From: Octopus bimaculoides | Taxonomy: Eukaryota | Assembly (NCBI RefSeq): GCF_001194135.2 | Contig: NC_068995.1 | Location: 40,807,256 to 40,871,255, forward strand | Length of the DNA: 64,000 nucleotides | Direction of reading: 5' to 3' | In this document: one piece after another, positions 49,196 to 62,899 of the stretch | Numbering within the stretch: the stretch's first letter is position 1 | Layout of the letters: every line of letters begins with the position of its first letter | Position numbers and translations under genes: made by a program | Notes under the pieces: generated by a model | Told to the model about the DNA's origin: nothing | The model's database searches: none | The model's input: only the letters and a program-made list of their open reading frames with translations

Positions 49196-50008
49196 AAAAA
49201 AAAAATACAATACTGTTTTCTTGCTGTCTGATTTGATTTTATTTAACGTTACATAAAATTGCAAAAATTCAGAATTTGCTTATAGCATCAGTGGAATTAA
49301 CTTGTAAAGCTTCTTCGTCCGAAAATGAAATATTCTTCTATTACACAGGGAAAATAATTTCATTGCTGAGTCTATCTGTGGACGTAATTTATTCTCCGGA
49401 ACTAAATGGAGATGAAGAAATGACGTGAACGGTGCGATAGCAATTCGAAATGATTCTAGGAAATATGACTTTTCTGGTTCTACAGCAAACACTTATAATT
49501 ATACGCACCTTCGTACAAACGTATAGTATTCAGGTGATTTGAAGCGGATTGACTATCTATTTCTAAGAGGTTGAGCGTTCTCGTTTAGGTTCTGTCACTG
49601 ACAGTACTTATTATCATTACTCTTGAGTGGTTGATGGCAGAATCAGTAGAGCAACAAACAAAAATTCTTTGTGATATTTGGTTATGTAACTTTAAATAAA
49701 TGTGGACTTCAAATTTTGCCAGAGCTAAAATAAAGAGAACTAAGTACTGGAATCCCTCTAAGCAGGGAGAACCCTCAAAATCTTTGTGGTTCTCAGCCAA
49801 TGTTTGATAAGGATGAAACAACACAGAGAGTTGCAGCAACAATTGACCAAAGGGGTCGTTGGTAACAGGGCTGTACCAGTCATAACTGTGGAAATAGTGA
49901 AGATCACCTCGTCCTCAGACCCAAAACTTGAAGACCGTTAAAATAAGGATCAGATTGGAAAACTGCCAGGGAAGGCCGGAAAATGAGAAACGAATATATA
50001 CCATACAT

Positions 50009-50052
<44 letters not shown>

Positions 50053-50389
50053 ATATAACTGGGACAAAATGCAAGTACAAGAGTGAAATCGACAGTCACC
50101 AACTGATGTTTTGGGAGATCAGATTCTCAAATTTCGACTACTCGATCGGTCTGCAGTAGATAAGGGGTAAAAAAAAAAAAAACGCATAGATTTAGATCAG
50201 GCGCCGGCAACCTATGGCAAGCGTACCATCTGTGGCACACGGACCAATTCACAATGGCACGCACGCCTCTTGGCAAAAAATAAACGTAAATTTTTGTTTA
50301 TAACTATATTTCAGGACGCGACATCATAATGATTAGATTATATCGTTACAAGTCTTTTTGTTTTTTATGATCCATCTATTCTAATCTAA

Positions 50390-50763
50390 GTAGAGGCACA
50401 ATGGCCCAGTGGTTAGGACAGCGGACTCGCGGTCATAGGATCGCGGTTTCGATTCCCAGACCGGGCGTTGTGAGTGTTTATTGAGCGAAAAAACCTAAAT
50501 CTCCACGAGGCTCCGGCAAGGGATGGTGGCGAACCCTGCTGTACTCTTCCACCACAACTTTCTCTCACTCTTACTTCCGGTTTCTGTTGTTCCTGTAATT
50601 CAAAGGGTCAGCCTTGTCACGCTGAATCTCCCCAAGAACTACGTTAAGGGTACACGTGTCTGTGGAGTGCTCAGCCACTTGCACGTTAATTTCACGAGCA
50701 AGCTGTTCCGTTGATCGGATCAACTGGAACCCTCGACGTCGTAAGCGACGGAGTGCCAACAAC
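50390..50763 (+). mobile_element. SINE family B, full length, nested in the hAT element
   Basis: Complete head-to-(CAA) tail. TSD ATTCTAATCTAA (50378-50389) versus ATTTTAATCTAA (50764-50775), 11/12. Confidence 0.9.
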
Positions 50764-51499
50764 ATTTTAATCTAAACTATCTGAAGTTAGTTGTATTTGG
50801 TAGTTGTACATTTCCTTAAAAATATAGTACTACAGAACACCAGTAATTTTGATGATACCAAATTGTAAATGTTATCACAACTAACTTGTTTATAAACTGG
50901 CGCTGAAAGCATTTATATGTACTTCATTATTTAAGCCAGGAGCTGCAAACGCCTATTTTTCGAAATCAGTCGTATATTTAGCAGTGCAGATCATGATATG
51001 TTAAAATTAGTTAACCACCTTACAGCGGCCAGTCTAAATAAAGACACTCTTTAAAATGGTCTCCTACTTTGCGAGTCATCTATAAGTAGACTCTTAACAT
51101 TACTATCTCATTTTGAGGCCAAGTTTATATTAAATGGAAAGAAAAAGCGGTAGTGAGAAGGGTTTTCAAAGACAAACAAACATAAAAAGTAAAAAATTAT
51201 ACTTATTTTCTTTGGTTTCAATTTCTCGTTTGTGAGTCTTAGTTGTATGATTTCTTGAATGTCTTTCTTTTTTTTTTTCTGTTTATTCTTACCATATATT
51301 TTAATCTAATTATTCTTATTATTACAAAACTTTATTCATTAAATTTATTTTATTTCTTGTTTTATTTTAATTTTTTTTTTTACAATTTATTTTATTCTAA
51401 TTATTTTTATTTAGCTATTTTTATTTTTTGTTTGTAGAATCTGGTTTAAAGGTTTATACACCTGTTAATATTAGTTATCAAAATGTAGTGCCCCAAGAT

Positions 51500-51764
51500 G
51501 AATAACAAAAGACAAAAACTTGACGTTCGTCATTGCTTGAAAAATTCAATTCTTTGAAGAAAATCTCAGATGCTCTGCTTTTAACCTTTGACTCAACATA
51601 TACATGCAAACAATTTTCTTTACACATGAAATCTGTTTTGAGTCCTACTAAGAAGTTGTCTGACAATTTAACATTCGCAAGCTTGCGTGAAGCTAAAAGT
51701 CACAAATTATACACCTGATATTGAGAAATTAAGCAAAAATGTTCTGGGACAAGGTTCTCATTAA
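51500..51764 (+). pseudogene. hAT transposase C-terminal dimerisation-domain remnant
   Basis: EKFNSLKKISDALLLTFDSTYTCKQFSLHMKSVLSP, then after a frameshift KVTNYTPDIEKLSKNVLGQGSH* (cf. FGSTY.CEQ.FS.MK..LSP..KVT.Y.PDI..L.....Q.SH*). Confidence 0.8.
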
Positions 51765-52199
51765 TTTATAGAAATTTAATGTAACTGTTGTTTATAATTT
51801 GTTAATAATTTTGTTCTTTTTGTTTATAATTTGAAAAAATATTTTTAATTAATTTTTTAAATAAAATCATATTTGTTTTCATGCAATTTGAATTATTAAA
51901 GGATTAATAAAATGGATTTCTGTTATATACCGAGTTTCAAAAGCATAAACTCTACTAATAAAAGTAGTAATATGAGGTTGGCACGCGCAATGCTTTAGGA
52001 AGCTAGGTTTGGCCCTCCATTATCAAAAGATTGCTGACGCCTGATTTAGATGAAACGTTGCATATCTGCTTTATATGCTGTGAGCAGGTTCTGTCTTTAC
52101 GGCTGTTTCAAATGATCAGTGAATAGTTGATATAATAATGCATACCAAGCAAAGAAATGCAAAACTGAGGTAATATTACGAACATAAAAGCAAATTATT

Positions 52200-52375
52200 A
52201 AGGCTGGCAAAATCGTTAGCATGCTGGGGAAAATGCTTAGCGGCATTTCAAGTGTGGCGGAGGTTGACTTTGCTTTCACTTTTCGGGGTCGATAAAATAA
52301 GTACCAGTTGAGAATTGGGATTGATCCAATCGATTTGCTGCTCCCCAAAAATTTCAAGCTTTGTGTTTATAATAG
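52200..52375 (+). mobile_element. SINE family C
   Basis: CTGGCAAAATCGTTAGCA..TTTCGGGGTCGATAAAATAAGTACCAG. Confidence 0.8.
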
Positions 52376-52804
52376 AGACTGTTATATATTTGCTTGCATG
52401 TATGTATGTTTACATCGGTGTGTGTGTGTGTGTGAGAGAGAGAGAAAGTTGATATCTATGCAAGCAAGTATTAATGTTTCAACGAAGTCATGTGTACGTG
52501 GTGCATACATTCCAGTTCAACGATGAACGATTTTAGAGAAAATTTCGCCGCCAGTTATAAATGGAAGACAAGATATATCTCACGTTCACAAAGCAGTAAA
52601 ACAGGTGGAGAACGACAATAGCAACGACGACGACAACGATGACAATGATGATGATGATGATGATAATGATGACGGCAGCGGCGGCGGTGATGAGAAAAAA
52701 CAACAACAACAACAACAACAATAACAATACTAATTGCAACAACAAAAACAGCAGAAGCAATAACCAGCAAAACAGTAGCAATTGAAATAATCCTATGTAT
52801 TATT

Positions 52805-53000
52805 GGCACATGGCCTGGAGTTTTGGGGAGGTGGAGCTAGTCGAATACATCGACCCCAGTGTTTCACTGGTATTTAATTTATTGACCCGAAAGGGTGAAA
52901 GGCAAAGTCGACCCCGGTGAAATTTGAACTCAGAACGTAAGAACGGACGAAGTTGTCTCTAGACGTTTTGCCTGTCGTGCTAACGATTCATCCAGCTCAC
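52805..53000 (-). mobile_element. SINE family C
   Basis: GGCACATGGCC..AAAGGCAAAGTCGACC..TTTGAACTCAGAACG..CTAACGATTC. Confidence 0.85.
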
Positions 53001-53209
53001 CCCCTCAGTAGCAATTGAACTCATCGTTTCTGCTATAGGCACAAGGCCTGGAATTTTGGGAGACAGGTTAAGTCGATTACATCGATCCCAGTACTCAACA
53101 ACTGAAATAATAATCGCAAGACTAGCAACTATAACACCTCTTTACCACCACCACAACAGCAACAACAATCGGACAATTTCGTCAAACAACAACATCATGA
53201 ACCTACATA

Positions 53210-53415
53210 AGGTGGTGAGATGGCAGAATCGTTAAAACACCGGGAAAAACTGCTTAGCAGTATTTCGTCCGTCTTTACGTTCTGAGTTCAAATTCCGCCG
53301 AGTTCAAATTTCTGGGTCGTTGAAATAAGAACCTGTTAAGCACTGGCGTCGCTGTAATCAACTTACCCCACCTCCCCAAAATTGCTGGCCTTGTGCCAAA
53401 ACTTGAAATCAGTAT
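53210..53415 (+). mobile_element. SINE family C (central deletion)
   Basis: GGTGGTGAGATGGCAGAATCG..GAGTTCAAATTCCGCCGAG..GGCCTTGTGCCAAAA. Confidence 0.8.
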
Positions 53416-53459
53416 CATGAACCGAATTGGGAGTGTCTGCTTCGCTAGAAATAACAACC

Positions 53460-53800
53460 AAATTGCTTACCAACCACATGATTCTGGGTTCAGTCCCACT
53501 GCGTGGCACCTTGGGCAAGTGTCTTCTACTATAGCCTCAGGCTGACCAAAGCCTTGTGAGTGGATTTGGTAGACGGAAACTGAAAGAAGCCTGTGTGTGT
53601 CCCCCCAACATCGCTTGAAAACCGATGGTGGTGTGTTTACGTCCCCATAACTTAGCGGTTCGGCAAAAAGAGACCGATAGAATAAGTACTAGGCTTACAA
53701 AGAGTAAGTCCTGGGGTCGATTTTCTCGACTAAAGGCGGTGCCCCAGCATGGCCGCAGTCAATGACTTAAACAAGTAAAAGAGTAAAGAGTAAAGAGTAT
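53460..53800 (+). mobile_element. SINE family A (5'-clipped, minimal internal microsatellite)
   Basis: Near-consensus body and (AGTAAAG)n tail. Confidence 0.9.
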
Positions 53801-55711
53801 TAATTAATGTGTCCTGGTTGAAATACCTCTAATCATAGGTTTGAAGCTGACCTGGGATTAAATAACAAAAACAACAACATAAATAAAAATAGCGGCATAA
53901 TACTGATACCAAATTTCGGCACAAGGTCAGCAATTTCTAGGGAGCAGGTAAGTTGAAGAACAATAAAAAAAAAGGGGGTAACAACAGCAGCAACAACATC
54001 AAAATGCAGCAAGAACAGAAATAAGAACAAAAGTTGTGGCAACAGATGCTTTAGAACAACAATAACAAAAAGGTATCTCAACAACATAATGAAAATACAA
54101 ACAAGAAAGAAGGAAAGAATGAAAGAAGAGGTAAAAATGAATGGAGAAATTCGTTCCTTGAGGAAAGAACAGACAGATAGATAGATAGATAGATAGATAG
54201 AAAAGCAAAGTAAGAATGGGAGGAATGGAAAAAGATAAACAAATGAATAAAGCACGCAAAAACAAAACAAACAAGCAATGGCGTTAAAAGCAACAAGGAA
54301 ACGGTGGAAGGAATGCGAGGAAAATAATGGAGAAATTAAAAAAAGTTTTTAGAAGTAAACGTTGTAGGTTCAAATGTGGGGGAGGTATTTACTCGAAAAA
54401 CCAGTTATTTCTTCTTTTTTTTTTTTCTTGCAATTCTTTTTTTTTATAATTCTTTTTTTTTATTTTTTTATTTTTTAAATATATTTTGTATCTTTCACTC
54501 ATTTCTTCTGTATCATTTTTAATGTTATTAAATATTCTTTTTTATTGGTTGTTTTTTTTTAGTAATTTTTCTTGTTGTTGTGATTGTTGTTTCTGATGTG
54601 CTTTGTATTTGTTTAATTTTCTTTAAAAAAATAACATGACTCTCATTTAAACGATTAATTAATATGTACAGATCGCACCTGCTGAAGAAAATCTTGTCTT
54701 TTTTTTTTTTGTCTTTTAAGTCTTTTTTTCTCTTTTCTTGAAGNNNNNNNNNNTTTTTTTTGTCTTTTAAGTCTTTTTTTCTCTTTTCTTGAAGTAAATA
54801 TGTGAAGTGTCTGTGTGGGGGTAGATTGACGAATGTTTTTAAATATTCATTACATGAATATTTAATTATCCTCTTTTCTTTTGCAGCAAATGACTTAATT
54901 ATATAAATACGTGTTTTCTTAAGAATAATGATTAATTAACTAAACTGTGATCATCGGGGAAATACAACAAAAATTACCACTCCCGTACCTTCTTCAACAC
55001 TCGCTATCCCTCCTCCGTACCACTATTTGTACACCACCACCGCTCTACCCCACATTATTTCGTCACCGCTACCCATTCAGTACAGAAATGATATACGGAA
55101 AAAATGTGGGAGTGTCTGCGTGTTCGCTCTACCTGCTAGAATTAGCAGTGAAATCTCACTCAAATCATACTTTAGAATCTTTAAAATAGAGAAACAGTTA
55201 ACCTGGAAGGTCACGCTTGGAAAGCCTTTTCTCTTAGATACGCGCACTCAGGGCTGAGCTGGGACTACACAACAACAACATCGGCAATAACAACAACAAC
55301 ATGAGGGGCCTACTACGCCATATTCGATAATAGTCCCAGTTATACCTTCCCTGGAGGTCGTCATGGTTAGAATAGCTTCATTTATAAGTTTGCCTGATCA
55401 AGTCTGACGACCTGAGGTGTAATAGTCAGCAAATGTGATATGAGAAAGCGACATGGAGGTTTCGCTTTGGTGCCCGTTCTTCGAGATGGTAGCAGCAACA
55501 TCAATGGCTTGAATATCAGTGGAATCTTGATGCCATTTCTAAAGAATATCAACAAAGACTAGAGTGAAGAAGAGCAATTCCAAACTGAAATCAAGAACCA
55601 TGAAACGGTCTCGGGTCATCGAGAAAGTAACTAAGGAACAGTAGAAGGAGGAGAAACAGTAGCCAACTCTCACCTCAAATAACACCCTAAAATCTTAAAA
55701 TTGATACATTT

Positions 55712-56260
55712 CTTTACTTGTTTCAGTCATTTGACTGCGGCCATGCTGGAGCACCGTCTTTTAGTCGAACAAATCGACCCCAGGACTTATTTTTTGTAAG
55801 CCTAGTACTTATTCTATCGGTCTCTTTTTGCCGAACCGCTAGGTTACGGGGACGTAAACACACCACCATCGGTTATCAAGTGATGGTGGGGGAGGGGGAC
55901 AAACACAGACACAAACAAACACATATATATATATATACACACATATATATATATATACATATATNNNNNNNNNNNNNNNNNNNNNNNNNNNNNNNNNNNN
56001 NNNNNNNNNNNNNNNNNNNNNNNNNNNNNNNNNNNNNNNNNNNNNNNNNNNNNNNNNNNNNNNNNNNNNNNNNNNNNNNNNATATATATATATATATATA
56101 TATATATACGACGGGTTTCTTTCAGTTTCCGTCTACCAAATCCACTCACAGGGCTTTGGTCGGCCCGAGGCTATAGTAGAAGACACTTGCCCAAGGTGCC
56201 ACACAGTGGGACTGAACTCGGAACCATGTGGTTGGTAAGCAAGCTACTTACCACACAGCC
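55712..56260 (-). mobile_element. SINE family A
   Basis: Full layout with an internal N gap. Confidence 0.9.
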
Positions 56261-56409
56261 GTGCACTGTTAGATATAGAAAATAGCGGTATGGTCACGGA
56301 TAGAATAGTGACCATAGATTTGTTCGACCAGATCTCAGTTGGAACTTAGCGACAACAAAAACATCATCAATATCAAGAACGGAAATCAATACACCGACGT
56401 GTATGTGTG

Positions 56410-56475
<66 letters not shown>

Positions 56476-58180
56476 TGTGTGTGTGTGTGTGTGTGCTATT
56501 AGCCAGAAGTATTGGAGAACATGATTTCTGACTTAGACCATAAAGCCATTTGGGTTTAATAAATAAGTGTGCCATCGATTATATCGACCCCAGTACCTCA
56601 CTGGTGTTCATTTTTATTGATTTCGGAAAGATAAAACAGAAAAAAACCATTGACTTCGGTGTGAATTGAACTTAACATGCAAGGAGACGTCGCTTCAACA
56701 GTCCCCACCCACCCACACAGACTGTGTCAGTAATACTTTAAGTACAAACAAATAATCCGGTTTATCAATATATACTTTTATAATAAACGTCATACATGTA
56801 ACAAGGTTATGTATCCAATACATACGCACTGTGTTTTGATACACAGTGCATACATACATACTTACATATATACACGCACACACTCGCACATATATATATT
56901 AATCGAAGTGTCCAGTGTTATATAACTATTACGGTCGGTCTTATCAATCCGTTTCACACTAGGGTTTCAACAGAGTGTTAGGTAAACGATTCGTAAGATC
57001 GGCCGTAATGGGTTATATAATAGTATATACTTCGATTAATATAGCCACTCTATTGACAAATATTACGAATGCATATTTTTTTCTGACTTATGGATACTTA
57101 AACGGTCTTATATATATATATATATATATATATNNNNNNNNNNNNNNNNNNNNNNNNNNNNNNNNNNNNNNNNNNNNNNNNNNNNNNNNNNNNNNNNNNN
57201 NNNNNNNNNNNNNNNNNNNNNNNNNNNNNNNNNNNNNNNNNNNNNNNNNNNNNNNNNNNNNNNNNNNNNNNNNNNNNNNNNNNNNNNNNNNNNNNNNNNN
57301 NNNNNNNNNNNNNNNNNNNNNNNNNNNNNNNNNNNNNNNNNNNNNNNNNNNNNNNNNNNNNNNNNNNNNNNNNNNNNNNNNNNNNNNNNNNNNNNNNNNN
57401 NNNNNNNNNNNNNNNNNNNNNNNNNNNNNNNNNNNNNNNNNNNNNNNNNNNNNNNNNNNNNNNNNNNNNNNNNNNNNNNNNNNNNNNNNNNNNNNNNNNN
57501 NNNNNNNNNNNNNNNNNNNNNNNNNNNNNNNNNNNNNNNNNNNNNNNNNNNNNNNNNNNNNNNNNNNNNNNNNNNNNNNNNNNNNNNNNNNNNNNNNNNN
57601 NNNNNNNNNNNNNNNNNNNNNNNNNNNNNNNNNNNNNNNNNNNNNNNNNNNNNNNNNNNNNNNNNNNNNNNNNNNNNNNNNNNNNNNNNNNNNNNNNNNN
57701 NNNNNNNNNNNNNNNNNNNNNNNNNNNNNNNNNNNNNNNNNNNNNNNNNNNNNNNNNNNNNNNNNNNNNNNNNNNNNNNNNNNNNNNNNNNNNNNNNNNN
57801 NNNNNNNNNNNNNNNNNNNNNNNNNNNNNNNNNNNNNATATATATATATATATATATATACGTTTAATATGATGAAATGAAGCAGATATGACTATATTTA
57901 CTCTACGTTATGTATTGAGCACCTCGTTCCTTTGTTCGTTATAAACGACGTGTGTGTACGTGTGCTAGTGTGTCTTTGTGTGTGTACGCGTGTGTAAATG
58001 TGTGTGCGTGTGTGTGTGCATGTGTGTGTGTGTGTGTGCATGTGTGTGTGTGTATGTGCGTGCGTGTGCATGTGTGTGTGTGTATGTGTGCATGTGTGTG
58101 TGTATGTGTGCATGTGTGTGTGTGTATTGTGCATGTGTGTGTGCGTGTGCATGTGTGTGTGCGTGCGTGTGCATGTGTGT

Positions 58181-58272
<92 letters not shown>

Positions 58273-59599
58273 CACTTTAATTGCTATTACTGGACGATCT
58301 TTGTCTGCTACTGTTATATTTGGGCTCTCTAACAAAGTACGTCCATAAGTGATCTCTCTAAATGTATGCCATAGTAAATTTAGCCTTTCGTGATACATTT
58401 GCATTAAGTATGATACGCAGCAGGCTATTTTAATCTAATCCTGATTTTGTTGCTTATAATGAATATTAATTCTTATTTCTATATCAAGTCATGTATCAAA
58501 ACAATATAACATTACACAGAATGATCACTTAAGAATTTTAGTAGAATACAAGTTCATTGAACTTTTACAAAGAAAACATTGACAGTAATTTCATCGTTTT
58601 GGGTTGCTTGTCTTCGTCAGACTGTATGTGTGAGTGTCTGCATGTGTATGTGCGCGCATGCTTATGCGTGCGTGTGTGCGTGTGTGCAGATTTAACTTAC
58701 ACTCGATAGCAGCTGTTTGACATAGTTGCATATATCAACAACACCTGAACGTTTAACGAGTGAAGGAAAGTTTTTTTTGTGGGTTTCCCCCGGTTTTCAG
58801 AAGCAAGGATAAATCCAGCTGCCAGCCATATCGAATTCTAATCAATAGAATTTATTCCAAACAGGAAATTTCTCCCGGAAGTTCTGTTAAGTTGAAGAAA
58901 TGGGAAATATTCATAATCATGATACTGGCTTGAATGTAACAAAGGAAAATTTGATCAGTGCATCCTCGTTGATTCTCAGGATATACGAAAGGACTATCAT
59001 CTCTTGTATTCTTCAGTAACATCACTATGGAATGAAAGTGCTGACTCAACGTACCATTGGACACATCACTTACATAATAAAAGAGCTGTAAATTTTTCAG
59101 GTAACACTCAATACTAAAAACACATGTCATCGGTATACGCTTGATGTAGGACTACAATTAAGTTAAAGGGATGATTTAAGGATCGCATTTCTTACACATA
59201 ATAGTATTCCTAATCAGTGGAACATGTCGCTTCCGCAAGAAGAATAAGAGTTATAATCAAGTTAGATATTGGTTTTGGGCAAGATATAAAGATCAAAATG
59301 GTAATTAACTCATAGATTCCTACAGGCATTCTCCATCAACACCTCACACATTTTCAGAGATATGTCCCTCATAGACTTTTTTTAGAGTTACATTCCCCAG
59401 CGCCACTCCCGATCATGAACAGCATTTTCCAATTCTATTTATCAAGATGTCTGCACCAAACCAAACTTCGATCACTTTTAATATGGAATGAACTGATGAG
59501 CCAATCCCGAGGGGGGAGAGTAATTCAGTCTCGCTGTAGCACTACTTACTAACAAGGAACCAGAATCAATGAGAAGGTCTATAATGTTCATATTAACAA

Positions 59600-59653
59600 C
59601 AACAACAACAACAACATTAATAATGATAAATAATAATAAAAATGATGATGTTG

Positions 59654-59719
<66 letters not shown>

Positions 59720-59720
59720 T
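59600..59720. repeat. (AAC)n/(AAT)n microsatellite
   Basis: Direct inspection. Confidence 0.9.
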
Positions 59721-60535
59721 TTAAATTGGACAGCAAAATGTAATCTGACAAGACAGATATTTTAGAAAACGATGTGTGGCAAAAGTTTCTTCCCTTAGGA
59801 ACGGATGCAAGCACATTTTACATTGAATCATACATTATATCTGAGGAGAGAAAAGAAAAAAAATACCAAGATACTAATTTAAGTTAACGTAGAAACACAA
59901 ACACTCGCCGCCATATTTGTTATTTATATTCTCAATATACACGCAACCTACATATAAAGTTTTGTTGTTTTTTGTTTTGTTTCGTTGTTTTGTTTTGTTT
60001 CGTTGTTTTGTTTGTCTTCTAAATAATTTCTATAAGGAAATCCATATATTTTTGTCGAAAGAAAGCTAATAACGAAGATTTATCACTGTTCGGCGTGGCA
60101 TGTTGTATCGTATTATACAGTGAAAGACGGTAAGAACACGAACAGATATATAACAACTACAACAGCAACGAGATGAATAACAAATGATTTCGTTATTTGC
60201 CATGAGGACAACAAAGGAGAGACATTTTATAATACATCTTAGTTTTGGCTTATTTATTTACAGCAAAACTGAGTGCCATAGAAACAGACAAAATTATTCA
60301 GGGTTGTGTGAATCTTGCTGTCACACCTACCCACTCTCTCTGTTCCTCTCACGCGCACAAACACACACTCTATATATATACATACATATATGCATGCATA
60401 CATACATACATACACACATACATATATACATACATACATACATATATATATGCATATATATACATACATATATGCATGCATACATACATACACACATACA
60501 TACATACATATATATATGCATATATATACATACAC

Positions 60536-60616
<81 letters not shown>

Positions 60617-60629
60617 TATATATATATAT

Positions 60630-60810
60630 ATGATGCGTTTTATTCTCTCCGTTTGTTCCCGCTCTCCTCATTCCTTTCTATAGAAGAGCGTAGGCTCAAA
60701 ACGTCAAAGACTTCTTCCATTTTTCCTGAGCGTCAAACTAATACACTTTGTTTCTTGTTCTATTACCTGTCTCTGTCTCTTCTTGTTTTTTATATCATTT
60801 TGAACTACAC
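60630..60810 (+). mobile_element. Penelope-like repeat family D; hammerhead-like motif at 60674-60709
   Basis: CTTT-CTATAGA-A-GAGC-GTAG-GCTC-AAAAC-GTC-AAAG. Confidence 0.55.
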
Positions 60811-61140
60811 ACACACACACGCGCGCGCGCGCGCGCGCGCGCTCACACATATGCGAGGAATTTTGTAATATAATTTCATTCACTTGGTTTTACATGTTTA
60901 CACTTTTACCGCCTGCAAATTAGTCTCCATTGGAAGCAATGCACCGGGCTAGACGCATTTTCCAGTTCGAAGCAGTGCTGGAACTCTTGCAAAGTAATGC
61001 CTTTTAAATGCCGCCGTCATTTTTTTTCTTCAGCTCTTCCACATCTGCAAATTCCGTATTCGTCACCAGTGAAGACCTTCGAAAAAAAGACCGGGCAAAA
61101 CTCAGTAGTAGGAGAGTGAGTCGACGAATAGACACACCTG

Positions 61141-61250
<110 letters not shown>

Positions 61251-61299
61251 CAGATAGATAGATATAGATATACTGGACCGCTAAATCTACAAGTTTTTT

Positions 61300-61460
61300 T
61301 TTTATTCTCTCTCTGTTTATTTTCACTTAAATCCTTCCTGTTGAAGAGCGTAGGCTCAAAACGTAAAATACTTTTTAATTTTCCCAAACGTCAAACTAAT
61401 ACACTTGCTTCTTGTTCATAGACCTGTCTTCGTCCTTTGTTTTTCAATAAATTTTAACCA
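61300..61460 (+). mobile_element. Penelope-like repeat family D; hammerhead-like motif at 61334-61369
   Basis: CTTC-CTGTTGA-A-GAGC-GTAG-GCTC-AAAAC-GTA-AAAT. Confidence 0.55.
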
Positions 61461-61473
61461 TATATATATATAT

Positions 61474-61582
61474 AAATAAGCAACACGGATTTCAAAGGTG
61501 ATTGCAGTACGCACGTTTCATGCTACTCCAATTTATTTAAGTAATGTGAGCAAATCACCTTTGAAATCCGTGTTGCTTATTT
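61474..61582. repeat. Perfect 30-bp inverted repeat with 49-nt spacer
   Basis: AAATAAGCAACACGGATTTCAAAGGTGATT (61474-61503) is the exact reverse complement of 61553-61582. Confidence 0.95.
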
Positions 61583-61872
61583 TTTTATTTTAATCACCTA
61601 TCCTTTTGGGATACGATATTCGGGTGCCTACGCATAAGTACCATATTCAACCTTGAATCTATATCTAAACCGTATATATATATATATATATTTCATTAAA
61701 TTTCTAAATTTCTATGTCTTTGTGCAGCTGAAGATTGCTCTACATTTTATATTTGATGTAATGATTACATTGTTCAATTAAATGGAGTCGCATGAAACGA
61801 TCGTACTGCATTACGTCTGTATATCCTTGTTGTTTATTTTGATATATATATATGTGTGTGTGTGTGTATGTG

Positions 61873-61923
<51 letters not shown>

Positions 61924-62250
61924 TATTACAAGTTTACAACCTTATACGCAAAAAATATAAATTTGCATCACCTGGTGCTTCGTGACGTAAGCGGCCTCAG
62001 ACACAAAAGGTGCAAAGTAACAAGTTGGCGGCTATATTAATAAGTCACTAATGATTAGTTATCGATGTTATCGATCAAGCTTGGGGGTCAATTGGAACTG
62101 TTAGTGCCTGGTGGCACATTTCAAAAGACTGAGTTCTTTTGTAGTTTCTGGCATTGAAGTGCTGGATCGTGTCCGCTCCAGCAAGCACGAGCTGATTACA
62201 TAATTACGATCGTTATCGTCGTCGTCGTCGTCGTCGTCACCGTCGTCGCC

Positions 62251-62283
<33 letters not shown>

Positions 62284-62409
62284 TCCTTGATGCTATTCTC
62301 ATCAGATAACTGGCACCGTCCTCTGGATGACAAGGTTCAGAGTTTTTGATTGATCATAGACTCTTGCATAAATGTCTATTGTTCTGTACGAACGTAAACG
62401 TGCGTGGAT

Positions 62410-62450
<41 letters not shown>

Positions 62451-62737
62451 ACATACACACATACACACATACATTTACTCATACACATACATTTACTCAT
62501 ACACATACATTTACTCATAGACATACATACAGACACACACACACACACACACACATTTACCCATACATGTACATCCATTCGCTCATATAGACATACATGC
62601 ACACCCATTTACTCATACATGTACATACATACACACATACAGACGTATACAAACATACGTACGTACATACATACATATATACATACACACACACGTACGT
62701 AGATATATACATACATTCGTGCGTATACATACAGACA

Positions 62738-62768
<31 letters not shown>

Positions 62769-62899
62769 GTACATACATACATACATACATACATATGTAT
62801 ATACATACATATATAGACATACGTGTATAAAGACTTACGTTAGTAGTCGTGTGCACGTTTATGTGTTTACTTATCTTTTTCTATATTAAATGACTTGAA

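Larger units (their letters stand above)
50198..52043 (+). mobile_element. Internally deleted hAT transposon (SPIN/Charlie/GTF2IRD2-like) with perfect 8-bp TSD
   Basis: TIRs CAGGCGCCGGCAACCT and (reverse complement) CAGGCGTCAGCAATCT match at 13/16. The TSD ATTTAGAT occurs at 50190-50197 and 52044-52051. Confidence 0.85.

Noticed and set aside
49280-49842. Minus ORFs that seemed to continue the Helitron Rep domain
   Set aside because: They lie upstream of the N-terminal repeats on that strand, which is the wrong order, and the motif matches were weak.
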